From: Peribolospora baueri | Lineage: Eukaryota | Length of the DNA stretch: 64,000 nucleotides | NCBI GenBank assembly: GCA_029717555.1 | Contig: JAMDHS010000059.1 | Location: 62,001-126,000 of the forward strand | Reading direction: 5' to 3' | Shown: positions 37,968 through 51,665 of the stretch, one piece after another | How the letters are laid out: every line of letters starts with the position of its first letter | Position numbering within the stretch: the stretch's first letter is position 1 | The notes under the pieces: generated by a model | What the model was told of the DNA's origin: nothing | The model's input: only the letters and a program-made list of their open reading frames with translations | Databases searched by the model: none | Translations under genes and position numbers: made by a program

Positions 37968-39374
37968 TTACTCCAGCAAGTATCTCGCATCGTCTTCGAC
38001 GATGGTCCGCCCTAACTCCACCCATTCTTTCCATGCGCGCTCCGCTGTTTCTTTGCCTTCTTGAGAAAGTACGAAAGGAGACGGGCTGAACCGAAGCAAG
38101 GGGTGGAACGACAGACGGATTGGCGGATCAGCTCGACGGGAAGGGGCGAGGATGGCGACGCCGTTGAGAAGCGAATGTAAAAGTCGAAATGAGGTACTCA
38201 CTCATACCATCTCATGAACGAACAAAACCCTCCAAACGTCCCTTGACCCGGGATCCTCTCCTCCACCCCCGTCGCCCCCTCTTCTCCCAGATCCCCCCAC
38301 CCCGCGTTGACACGGTCCTCGCGGCCTCCCTCGGAGTCTTGCCCACGATCCAGTGCATCCACTTGAAATAGATCCAGACCTCCCAACTCGACTCCATCGC
38401 CACTCGAGCGAGGCCGGTGCGGACCAGACCGGGGTTGACGGTGACGACGCGCACACCAGAGGCCATGGAAGGGTCGTGGGACTGGAGGGAGCGACAGAAC
38501 GGCGGCACGAGGAGATGGAGAAGCTTGATGGTCGGGTACCGGTCTACGATATTGAACTGAGCGGGGTCGTTCATATTGGAAAAGAGAGGACCTGGGGAAT
38601 GACGTTCCTTGAATACGGCCGTGTAGTGATACTGAAAAGATGCGGGGCAACGAGCGTGGTATGGGTGAGACGGGCGGGCGGGCGAAGAGGCAGAAAGAAC
38701 AGAGGAAAACGGGGCTGCTCACGTCGCTGGAGACAAAGACGATGCGAGGAGAAGGTGCATTGCGAAGGTCGCGAAGGAGCAGGGTTGTCAGGAGGAAGGT
38801 GGAGATGACGTTGGTCTGCATACTGAACAGCTTGTGGGCAACGACAGCAAAAAACGAGCCGGCATTGTCGCACGCAAACGAGGTGAGCAACCGATTCGTC
38901 CGTCACATCGGCTAAACAAAAATGCAGCTGAAAACTTACAGGCACTCCCAACCGTCCTCCGTCAATGCGAAAGGCCGGAGGGCCACGGCCGCGTTATTCA
39001 CCAGCACGTCCAACTTTCCTCCATCTTTATCCTCCTTGAACCTCTTTGCGAAGGCCTTGACGCTCTCGAAGCTCGTCAAATCGAGCTCCCACGTTTCAAT
39101 TCTCCTCGCCTCCTTCTCCCTCGACGGGATTTTGGAGTTTTCCAAGATGCCTTGGACAGCTTCTTCCCCAGCCTTAACGTTACGGCAGGCCAGGATGAGA
39201 AAGCGGGGCTCGAGTCGCTCGAAGAGTGTTCGCCGTCTCGAGGCCTAGTCCGGTGTTCGCGCTAGTGATGACGACGGTCTGCCCCGACAAGTCGAAGTGC
39301 GAGGCGAGGAGGGTGCGTTCGATGGCCGGGAGCGGCGTCCATCCGTCTTTGAGCATGTTCCAGGTCAGGACCAT
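37968..39374 (-). pseudogene. Short-chain dehydrogenase/reductase (retinol dehydrogenase-like) with two frameshifts
   Basis: DLSGQTVVITSANTGLGLETA / LILACRN / WELDLTSFESV / LDVLVNNAA / TEDGWE / PRIVFVSSD / RYPTIK (YxxxK) / VNPGLVRT. Frame breaks at ~39228 and ~38312 are not flanked by splice signals. Confidence 0.8.
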
Positions 39375-40316
39375 GGTTGAAAGGGAGACGAGCAACCGCT
39401 GACTGTGATGGAGGTGAGGTTCCGAGGAGAGAAATGACAAGCTTGAACGTAGCGCAAGGGTCAGCGAGCGAGCTCTGAGCCGTCGTCACTTGAGGTATGT
39501 GGGCAGCCCTCGAATACTGGGTGACGTTCGTCGCGCATATCTGTTTTGGGAACCCGTAGGACGAACGGGCGCTGAGAAAATACGGCGCTGAGAATCACAA
39601 ACCCTCTCGCTCGACCACAATGCGGTTGCAGGCGTATCGGGCATGCCGAGGTGGAGGTGGAGGTGGAGGTGACGCGCGTTCCTACTACTGCATGCACCTT
39701 CCTAGACGTCGCTAAGAAGCCCAGTCACAAAAAGGTCAGCGACGATCAGAACTGCTTCCTTGCTGGCTCACGAGCCCGCCGGTCCACCCAGCGGGCGGAA
39801 GGGTGAGCCTTGTCTCAAAACGGAGACGATCTGCTCGGATGTGCGGGTAGAAGGATGCGCGGTAGGAAGGATGTGCGAGTAATAAAGGCGGGGGGAAACC
39901 GCAGCAACGACGCTGACTGCGGCGACCTCCCCACGGCTCGGACGAGGCCGACATCCGTGCGGTGCATGCGCTGCACCTTGACACGGGCATAACCACAGCG
40001 GCCGGCGCTTCACTCTTCCACCTACTCCCTCCATCCCACAGCCGCCCGCTGGCTCGCTGCAGGAGCAGGCTCTACGACCTCGTATTACTGCACAGCGTCA
40101 CTGCCCTTCTCCGGCCTCCAAGAAGAGAGAGGTGGCGACTCGAGCTCGAGCGAACGGGCTTCGTCAGCGCGACTTGGCCAGCGCGTCGTTAGCGAGCACC
40201 ATTCCCCATCCCATGGGGAGACACAGCGCAGCGCGCCTTCAAGAACAAGCCAAGCCTGCCGCCAGCCTCCCCTACCCTCTTGGCTCGGCCGACACTCACA
40301 CTCCCCTGTTCTTACA

Positions 40317-42619
40317 ATGTCGCTCTTCAAGAAGTATGAGAGCCTTTTGCTCTCCAACGCCGCCCAGATCACCGCCATCGAGTCGAGCCTCCGGAGCTTG
40401 ACCTACTTCTTACCCGGACGGTTTAAGGACGCTGAGCTGGCCGGAGAGGCTCGTAAGTATTTTTTCTTGTCGCGATTTCGTTGTGAAATGTGCAGGCTAT
40501 GTTGATGTACGTCGCTCCTGGCCGGGATTATATGGCATGCTTATCATCATCTTTGTTTTCCGTTGCCTTTCTCCATCAGTCTTCGCCGCTCTCAATCTCC
40601 TCGGCCTGTACCACGACTCGATCCTCGTCCGCCTCCTCTCCTCACGCCCTTCCCCATCCCCCCTCCCGACACCCGTGCCCACGCCCTACCCTCCCTCGTC
40701 TCCGTTCCTTCCCGCGCGGTCCGCCTCGTCCGGCAAGGCTCGCTCGGCCACTCCACCGCCTCCCTACTCCTACTTGCCCTCGCCGCACTCGCACTCTCTG
40801 ACCGGCGGCCCGCTCCACCATTCGCCCTCGCCACACGCTCGCTATACGCACCACTGGTCCGACCGCTCGCCGACGTACAACGTCGCAGCGAGGGCGCTCG
40901 TGGTGATCGGGTACACGGAGCTGTTGGTAGAGATGATAGCCAGACGAAGGGCGAGGGGCAAAGGGAAGAAGGGAGAAGACGACGCTTGGAAGGTGGTCGT
41001 TGCCATCGAGACGGTCAAGTGAGTCTTCCTTCGCGATCGCTCTTCCGTAGGGCAGCGCCCGGCCGCCGACTGGCTTTTCAAGGTTCCTTGGGCTGATGTC
41101 AGGTCCTTTTCGCTCGAACGTGTGGCGTGTGCAGAGCGGCGCTCCGTTTGCTTTTAGTACACCTGACCTCCCACCGTCCGCTCATTCAGCCCCCCATCCC
41201 AGAGCGCGAAGTAGACCCAGCGATGCTGGAGGAGGAGCGCAAGCGCGCCATGGAAGCTGCGTTCGCCCCTTCGGCCGCTGTCTCCGAAGGCAACTCTGCG
41301 CTCGCAGAAGGAGCGAGAGAGAGAGAGAGACCCGGGAGCATGAACGGCCTGTTCGCACGTCCCGGGGCGTACGCTGAGAGTAACGGCGAGGTGGTCGCGA
41401 CGAATGGAGTGGACAGCGCGTCCGGCACGGCGGAGACGCCGGCGGCGACGGCGAGCAGCGAGGGTTCCCCGCATCTGTGGCCAATGGGGAGCAGCAAGGA
41501 CTACTGGTGCGGCGCCCGAACAGGACTCATTCGTCCCTCGCTCGCCTCGCTCTCCAATGGCGACGGCGATGGACGGACGACTTCGGCCGTCCCTTCTCCC
41601 GCCTCGAGGCAGAACGGAGGGCTTGCGACGGAGGGCGGAGGAGACGGGTCAGATGGGACGGCTTCCGCTGAAGGAGGCGTTGACGCAACGGCGAAGAGAC
41701 TCCGCCTGTCAGACGAAAAGATCCGGACGTTCTTGCTCAGCAGGACGCTCTACCCCACCGATGTCAAAAGACCTGAGGAGCTGGTGGACAGGTTGGAGAG
41801 GTGGGGAAGGGTGGCGGAGGTGCTTTGGATCGTTAGGCCTTTAATCTACGGTGTGTTTCCTGTTTTGCGTCCAGCTGCCTGTCCTCCCCAGCCGCCGCTG
41901 ATACTCAACGCGGCCTCCTCTCTCCTTTTGTGCTCATTAGTCATGCTCATCCGCAAGTACGGTCGTCGGTCAAAGATGCCGTTCCTCCTCTCTCTCGGAC
42001 TCGAATACGTCGCCCGCTCCCTCCGCCTCCGCTCCCAGCTCTTTCCGTCTTCGTCCAAGTCGTCGTCGGCGTCGTCGCGCGGCACGCCGCTCATGCTCGC
42101 CCTCGTCTCCGGACTCTCCGGAGGGGGGTTGTTGGGTGGCCTGAGCGCTTTGGCGGGAGAAGGGAGCGCGTGGAAGAAGAGACCGGCTAGCGAGGTGGAG
42201 AGCGATGAATGGGCGAGGAGGGATAGGAGCTTCTGGTGGTACCTCCTCCGCGGCCCAATATGGCACGATTTTACCAAGTGAGCCTCCTTCCTTCTTTCCT
42301 TCCTCTCCTTCCTTTTGTCCAGCCCCCGCAAAGTCGTGCAAGGTGAGCGACCAAAGCTGACGCCTCGTCGTTTTCCCCTCCCCATCGGATTGGACAGGCC
42401 CAACGTCCAGTCCGTCGTCGGTGCGCTCGAGAACAAGCCTCTGCTCGGCGTCTTTGCGAGCATCCTCAAGGACTACCTGCCGCTCGTCGACGACTATTAC
42501 TACTGTGAGCGTCACCCGTGCTCTTCCTTTCCGTTCCTTCCACCCATCCCTCTGACCCGATCCTTCCATCCGTGCCATTCCTTCCCCTCCTCATCCCCGC
42601 TGCAGACACCGCCACGTGA
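40317..42619 (+). CDS. PEX16: Peroxisomal membrane biogenesis protein Pex16
   Basis: YESLLLSNAAQITAIESSLRSLTYFLPGRFKDAELAGEA, LNLLGLYHDSIL, HARYT, YTELLVEM, PPIPEREVDP, AEVLWIVRPLIY, FWWYLLRGPIW, DYLPLVDDYYYYTAT*. Confidence 0.95.
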
Positions 42620-43504
42620 TGCCCCTCGACGTCGCAGAGATATATGTATGGTACCTAAGTTGCGCGCGCACGTGGCAAGCAGACACGCCTACCTACCCTT
42701 TTCGCTGGGTAGCTCGACCCGAGTCGACGGCGTGTATGTATAGTGCAGGAGAAGTCCCCGCGGCCATTCTATGCTGTGCTGTGCTCCTTCGTTCGTTCCT
42801 TTCTCTCTTTCTTTCTGTCCACGTGCACGACGGAGAGGCGGACAGCACGGCCCAGCGGGCCAAGCAGAAGGCCGGGGTTCGGAAGCAAACGGCGGGAGTG
42901 GGTTATGACGTGAACGTCAGGTGGTGGTGAGAAGGACGAGACGAGTGGGCGTGAGTGGCGTTTATCTATCCGCGGGCTGTGCCACGCTACCGAGCCACAG
43001 CATAGTGCCCGTGACTGATGCTGGTGCGGACGACGCCGAGCGGTGCTCAGCATCAGCCCGCTCGGCGCGCACCTCGGCGGGCTCAATTGAGGACGTGCGG
43101 AGCGACATGCGACGACGCTGTCTCGTCTCATCGTCTCGTCTCGCTCGCCGTTCTCTTCGACGCACATTGTGGTGTTCTCTTCGACGACCACATCGTGCGT
43201 CGAAGAACAACCAGGGCGTAACTAGGCGCACTGACTCATTCGTAACCCAGGCACCGCTTCCGTCGTCCGCCTCCGACCCCGCACTCGACTATAAATCGGC
43301 CTGTGTATATGCGTGTGTGAGAGAGACCGACCGCATTTAGCCACATCGGTCTCCCACTGTCGCCATCCACACCTCCTCCCTTTGTCCTCCACTCCTCCCT
43401 CGACAGCCACTCCCGTCCAATCCAGCTACTCCCCTTCTTCAAACCTCCACACGCCCTCCCTTTCCATCCTCTCCTCCCAGCGTCCCCCTTTCCTACCCAT
43501 CCCC

Positions 43505-45506
43505 ATGTCCGACCAGAACGACTTCAGAGGCAAGGCCTCCGACTCGCCCTTCTCCGCCTCCGATGGAGACCCCAGCAGCGCTCCCGCCGCCGCCAGCACG
43601 TCCGCCCCAAGGCCTGGTCACCTCAAGGGTGAGGGCATCATGTGCGTCTTCTCTTCCGAAGGCAATCAGTGGATGGATGGATGATGGATGGATGGATGAC
43701 GAGCTGACACGCCCGATCATCATCGTCTTCGACAGCCAAGTCCAACCGTTGAAGAGGCAGGAAATGCAGCCCGCCTACGCTCAGGACCTCGGCCTCGGCT
43801 CCGTCGAGCATGGCTTTTACGGCAGCATGTGAGCCTGGCGACCGCGATGAGTACGCTGGCAGCCGTGAAACTCACCGCCCTCCTCCTTGCTTGCCGCTCT
43901 CTCGTCCAGGATGAACGGCCTCGGCTCCCTCGCCGGCGCTTTCGGTCAGCTCCCCTGCTGCGTCTGCTGCCCCAACCCTTGGAAGCAGGTCCGTCAGGGC
44001 AGCGTCGGGCTCGTGTCCAGGTTCGGCCAGTTCTACAAGGCCGTCGATCCCGTGAGCCTCTTTCGCCCTTCTCTTGCAGGCTCACTTTGTCTGCCCACGT
44101 CGCCGGTCGGATGGCGGGGGAGATGGCGACTTTAGATGGACCCCGCTCTACCCTCTTACATCCTAACCCCCACGCTTCGTCATCGTGATCACAGGGTCTC
44201 GTTCGTGTCAACCCGTGCTCTGAAAGCCTGCGCACGATAGACATCAAGATCCAGATCACCATGATCCCGCACCAGAGCGTCGTCACCAAGGACAACGTCA
44301 CCGTCGGTGTGGAGAGCGTCATTTACTGTGCGTACCTGGGAAGGAGAGCCGACGTGGCATGGGTCATGCATGCCACGTGTGCGTCCGGCGCGGTCGCTTG
44401 TCAGAATTGACGCCAGGTTGCGTGCATTCACACCGTTCAGGGCACATCGTCTCGCCTTACAAATCCGCCTTTGGCGTCTCCGACATTCGGTGAGGAAACG
44501 TCCATCGCAGGAAACGGAAGTTTGAATTCCTCGGCTCGCTCACACACCGCACCATCCACTGACGTTGTCGCGTCTCATACACACAGGCTCGCCCTCATCG
44601 AGCGCGCTCAGACCACCCTCCGCCACGTCGTCGGCTCGCGCACCCTGCAGAGTCTCGTCAGCCAGCGCGAGGAGGTGAGCTCGTAGCCGGCGTTTATATC
44701 CGCTCAAACATCTTGTCTCTCCGCCTGCTCTTCTGCTCCTCTGGACCTGAACGATCCCAAATTTAATCTTGCCCGTCGCTCCCAGGTAGCCGCCGAAATT
44801 GAGGAAATTGTGGAGGCTCCCGCGGAGAAGTGGGGTGTTGCTGTGGAAAGCATCCTCATCAAGGACATCAGCTTCTCCAAGGGTGAGTCAGCCAGTCTCG
44901 TCGTCGCGAGTGGACAAGTCTCGCTCACTCGCTTTTTTGGCACTTTTTTTCTCCATCTCAGAGCTTCAGGAGTCGCTCTCGTCAGCTGCCCAGCAGAAGC
45001 GCATCGGAGAATCGAAGGGTGCGCGATTACTTCGCTTTTCACTTGCTCCGGCCATGGATGCCTTGTTGATTGAGACGCTCATCTCGTGGCCCTGTTCCCC
45101 TCTTCCGCACACAGTCATCGCCGCCAAGGCCGAAGTCGATTCCGCTCGTCTCATGCGCCAGGCCGCCGACATCCTTTCGAGCCCTGCCGCGATGCAGATC
45201 CGGTAAGTGTCTGGATCCCCTGCCCCCCTTTGACCCCCCTTTGACAACCGTATGTCGTTCGACCGCTGACGTCCGCAACCCATCGTCTCGCTCGGCCCAT
45301 CCAGGCAACTCGAGGCCCTCCAGGCGATGAGCCGCAACGCCGGCGCCAAGGTCATCTTTGTCCCCATGAGCCTCGACGCGATGGGCAAGAACGCGCTCCA
45401 AGGCGCGGCGGCCTCGGGCAACGACGACCTCGGCGAGGGAACTAGCTCCGGGGGAGCGCTCGACGCCAAGAGCCTTGGCGCCATTCAAAGCATGAGCCAG
45501 ATGTGA
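43505..45506 (+). CDS. Stomatin/band-7 (SPFH) family protein, ~10 exons
   Basis: PCCVCCPNP, VRQGSVGLVSRFGQFYKAVDPGLV, VTKDNV, ALIERAQTTLRHVVGSR, WGVAVESILIKD, AAQQKRIGESKVIAAKAEVDSARLMRQAADILSSPAAMQIRQLEALQ. Confidence 0.93.
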
Positions 45507-46370
45507 TGAATTGCGATCGGTGCCGGCCAATCCTGCACCACGGCCTGATTTGGAGCTGAGCATCGCTCCGCGCCATTGCTTTTCATCCCGAATCGAAAAC
45601 CCACGAGACGGGAGGCCGGGACGCCCATGCCCGGCTTGCTCGTCTGCCTGTCTAGGAACACTGAACCGTCTCCGTCTCCGTGCGCGTCCCCAAAGTCTTG
45701 GTTCCATCTCCTTCGATATCCCCCCCGCTTCCCTCTGCCGCCCTCTTGTCACGATCCGTGTAGCCCCGTCCGGCGTGTTGCGTTTGTTCGATCGTTGGTC
45801 CGCCATCGCGTACCGCACGTCTTTTGCCCCTTCATTTTCGCTTCGCTCTCAGCACTTCGTACGCCCTGCCCTGTACGACCCCGTTCGACGATCCTTTTTC
45901 GGTTTTACGAGCGAATTATTTGTACAAAGCAAGTCGATTTACTCTTTGCAAAAAGAAAAAAAAAAAAATTGGTCCACACCCCCTCGTGCGATGGTCTGGT
46001 CGCGCTAGGCGAGAACAGGGAGCGCGTCCCGGGGCGGGCGGGGTGATCGGCGAGGCGAGTGCGAGACGCGGCGCAACGCGCTTTCGCGCCTTTGGACGGA
46101 AGAAAGCGGCGTGAGCAGGCGTCGCTGATGTGAGGGCGAACTGAACTGAACTGACTGGATCCGGCTTGAGCTTGGGCTCCTTCGTCCCAGCCACCAAAAG
46201 CACACCGCCGACCACCGTCTCAGTTCTCCTTCGTTCCTTTCCTACACCCTTCCCCTTCATCCCTCCTTTCTCCCCACCACCCCCCCTTTCTCTCCCCTCC
46301 CCACCCCCGCCCCGCCCCCACCACCGACCGACCTTGCTTTCCGCATCGCGATCGGATCGGCATCGGCATC

Positions 46371-48739
<2,369 letters not shown>

Positions 48740-49921
48740 AAGGGCGGCGTCCCTCGTTTCGTTTCCTCCCCCCAACTGAGCTCAGCGACACTGGACTAGA
48801 CTTCACTGGCGGCCGCTTTCATTCCTTCGTCTCTCCTCACCTCTTGGCACCCGTGCACGCGAGCGTCGCCCACGCTCATAGCATCTCTTTTTCCCCTCGG
48901 ACACCGAATCGAACCCAGCATATGTACCATTACACATCTTCTCGTCGACCTCCCTCTCATTCCGTCTTCCCCGAGCAACCTTCTTCCATCCTGGTTGCGA
49001 TGCGACCAGCGTGTCGGCGTCAGGGCCTCAGGGCGAAGCCCTCCTATTTGTACGAGTAGCACGATGAGCACACACTGCATCTCCATATTTATATACGTTG
49101 TCTACGGTCGCCCCCACACTCGCTCGCTGCTGCTAAGCCGTACATCCATATGGCCTCCTTGGGCCGTTTTCGAAACTCCCACGCCCCGACTCAGCCGGTC
49201 GAGTCGCCCGCCCCCCCATCTCCGTTCCGCAGCACCGAGCCAGCGACGAGATCGAAGTCGAGTGGTCGGACGAAAATGAGGAGATCCTTGTTTTCTTACT
49301 CGTCTCCCATCCTTCCATACACTCACCTCGCACCCCTCCTCCCTCCCTCCCCCACCCGGACGTCGTAGCCGCTACTAACAAGTAACCCCCGTCGCTCTTG
49401 TCGGTCGCTCTGTAGGTCGGTCCTGCCTCGTCTCGTCAGACCCTCCCCGGTGAGTCCAGCACCGGCACGCGGGTGGCGCGGGCGCCGCGCTCGCCTGACG
49501 ACGTGACGTCTTGGCCCTTCGGCGTGCGTGCGTATTCTTTTCTTTCTGGCTAATCTCCCTTCCCCTCTTTCTCTATCTCCCCTCTCCATCCGCTTCCTTA
49601 CAGTGATACCTCCCACACCTTCTTTCAAGTTCCCCCACCCCCTAGCCGCCCCCTCCGCCCTCTTCTTCGACAGGAACTCATTTCATTTTTCGCCTGGCGC
49701 ATCTCCCTCAACCCCGCGAAGCCGGCTTCCACCACTCCACACGCACCTCCAATTCACATAACCCCCCTTTTTTAGTCTCCGTGTCTTGCCTCTGTCTTTT
49801 TTATCCATCCCCGCTCCCGTCCTCTCCTTCCCCCCGTTCGCCGCCGCGCACGGTGATCGCCACGCCACCGATCGCGTAGCTCAGGTTCTGTTTCTCTTTC
49901 CCGTTCTTTCGCCTTGTCGTC

Positions 49922-51216
49922 ATGTCCATCACGCTCCCGCTCCTGTCTCCTCTCGTCACCAGGGTCCTCGAGCTCACCGGGTAAGCCGCGTTTCCGCCAC
50001 GACTGGCAACCGCCAGCCGTCGTCGCCCGCATGTGCTTGTGCTCATCCTCCCCCTTTCCTCCCCGTTGCCCAATTCTCTCTTCTTTAGGTTCCCGCCCGA
50101 GCTCAAGACTCGCGACATCCAGGCGGTCTTTGTGGAATGGGAGAACGACAAGGGCGGCTTCAAGATCAAGTGGGTGGACGACACCAAGTGCATGATCGTT
50201 TTCAACGACCCCTCCACCGGTGAGTGTGGCTTTTAGCTCGTTGGGATTGCGTGTGGGGACGAGATGTTGTGGAAGGGAGGGAGAGCTGGTTAAAGCACTT
50301 TCTGCTAGGAAGCCCGAACGAAGGTCTGCCGAACGGCAGCCTGCTGGTCTGCTTTGTTGGCTTGGGATCAGTGGCGCTGAAGTTTTGGCTTGCTGCTAAT
50401 GTATGGATTTTTTTTCTTTGTTCCTTCGCTTTTTCTCACTCAGCGAAGCGCGCCTATCTTTCCACGCTCCAGTCCCCCCCACCATCGCTGATGACATCCG
50501 CTGGCGTCTACGCCAAAATCCGGCCGTACGACGGCTCCGACGCTTCCCAGATCATCCAGAGTGTCTCAAACCGACCTCGGTCTCGCTCCAACGCTTCCGC
50601 TCAAGGCGCCACCCCAGCGTATCACGGCTCCGTTGGCGATGGCAGTCCGAGGAAGGATAACAGCGTCGGCAGGAGTTGGGGCCGAACTCACGCGCGCAGT
50701 CCGAGCGGGAGCAACCCCAGCTCTCTGCCGCCGAAGCCCGTGGCCGCTGCCATCTTCGATGCCTCGTACAGCAGCAGCCCGTCTTCCATTCCGCCCCAGG
50801 CCAACAGGTGAGCCTGGCAGGTTGGCGTCGATCACACGTGTCGTCTATACGGAGGACGGCGTTTTGAGACGTGTTTCCTTTCCTCAATCCACAGCGGGCT
50901 TTCGCCGTTCTCCAGCTCTGCCCCCTCAGGTCTGGAGCCGGTGCCTCCATCTCCGAACCCGACAGGCTCTCCGGGTCCAATCTCCCGTTCGTCGTCTCCC
51001 TCTGACGCGACAGCCACCGGTAATGCGCAGACTGGTCCCACGACTCGCAACCAGCTCGGAGACCCAGCGAAGCGGCTCGTCGCAGGCGCCTTGGGCGTCA
51101 AGCATCCCGCGTTGAGCAACCCGCCTACGCCGCCGGGCGCGTCGGGCTCGAATGGCGGTAGCAACGGCGTCGAGGAGGTGCAGAGGGCCGTGGGCGAGAT
51201 GAAGATCGAGGCTTGA
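49922..51216 (+). CDS. Small protein with an atypical RRM (R3HCC1-like) and a Ser/Pro-rich tail
   Basis: MSITLPLLSPLVTRVLELT|GFPPELKTRDIQAVF...GGFKIKWVDDTKCMIVFNDPST|AKRAYL; C-terminal DPAKRLVAGALGVKHP; 3 GT-AG introns. Confidence 0.75.
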
Positions 51217-51665
51217 GCTTGAAATGGTTGGTCGCTCGGGCGGGTACCCTCGCGCACGTCGTCTCAGCCGACTGCGCTGGGCTTGGCTTGAGCGGCGGCA
51301 TTCCCCTTATCTTGCCCACTTCTTCGGCTCCATTTGTGATCCTCTCTTTCGTTTTGACCATACCTTGTACGTAGAAAAGGGCTTTGCAACTCTCCTGGAC
51401 TGGCGCTTCTTGCGCGATCTCCCAACGTCCCGTATCGGTCAGAGGTGGTATTATTGTTCGGGTCACGTGGCGAGGGTGACGCGCCGCGCTGGGCGCGTCC
51501 GGAAAGTTGGACTCGGGCCGAAGCCATCGTACTGGGGAATGGCTTGTCCGAGTCGTCTCGTGTCTCTCTCTGCTTTGCACCTTCGTGATCAAGACAAAGA
51601 CCTTGCTCGACGGACTGTTTGAGGCGGAGGTCCCATGGTATCCTCTTCCGCGCGAACCTGCCGAC

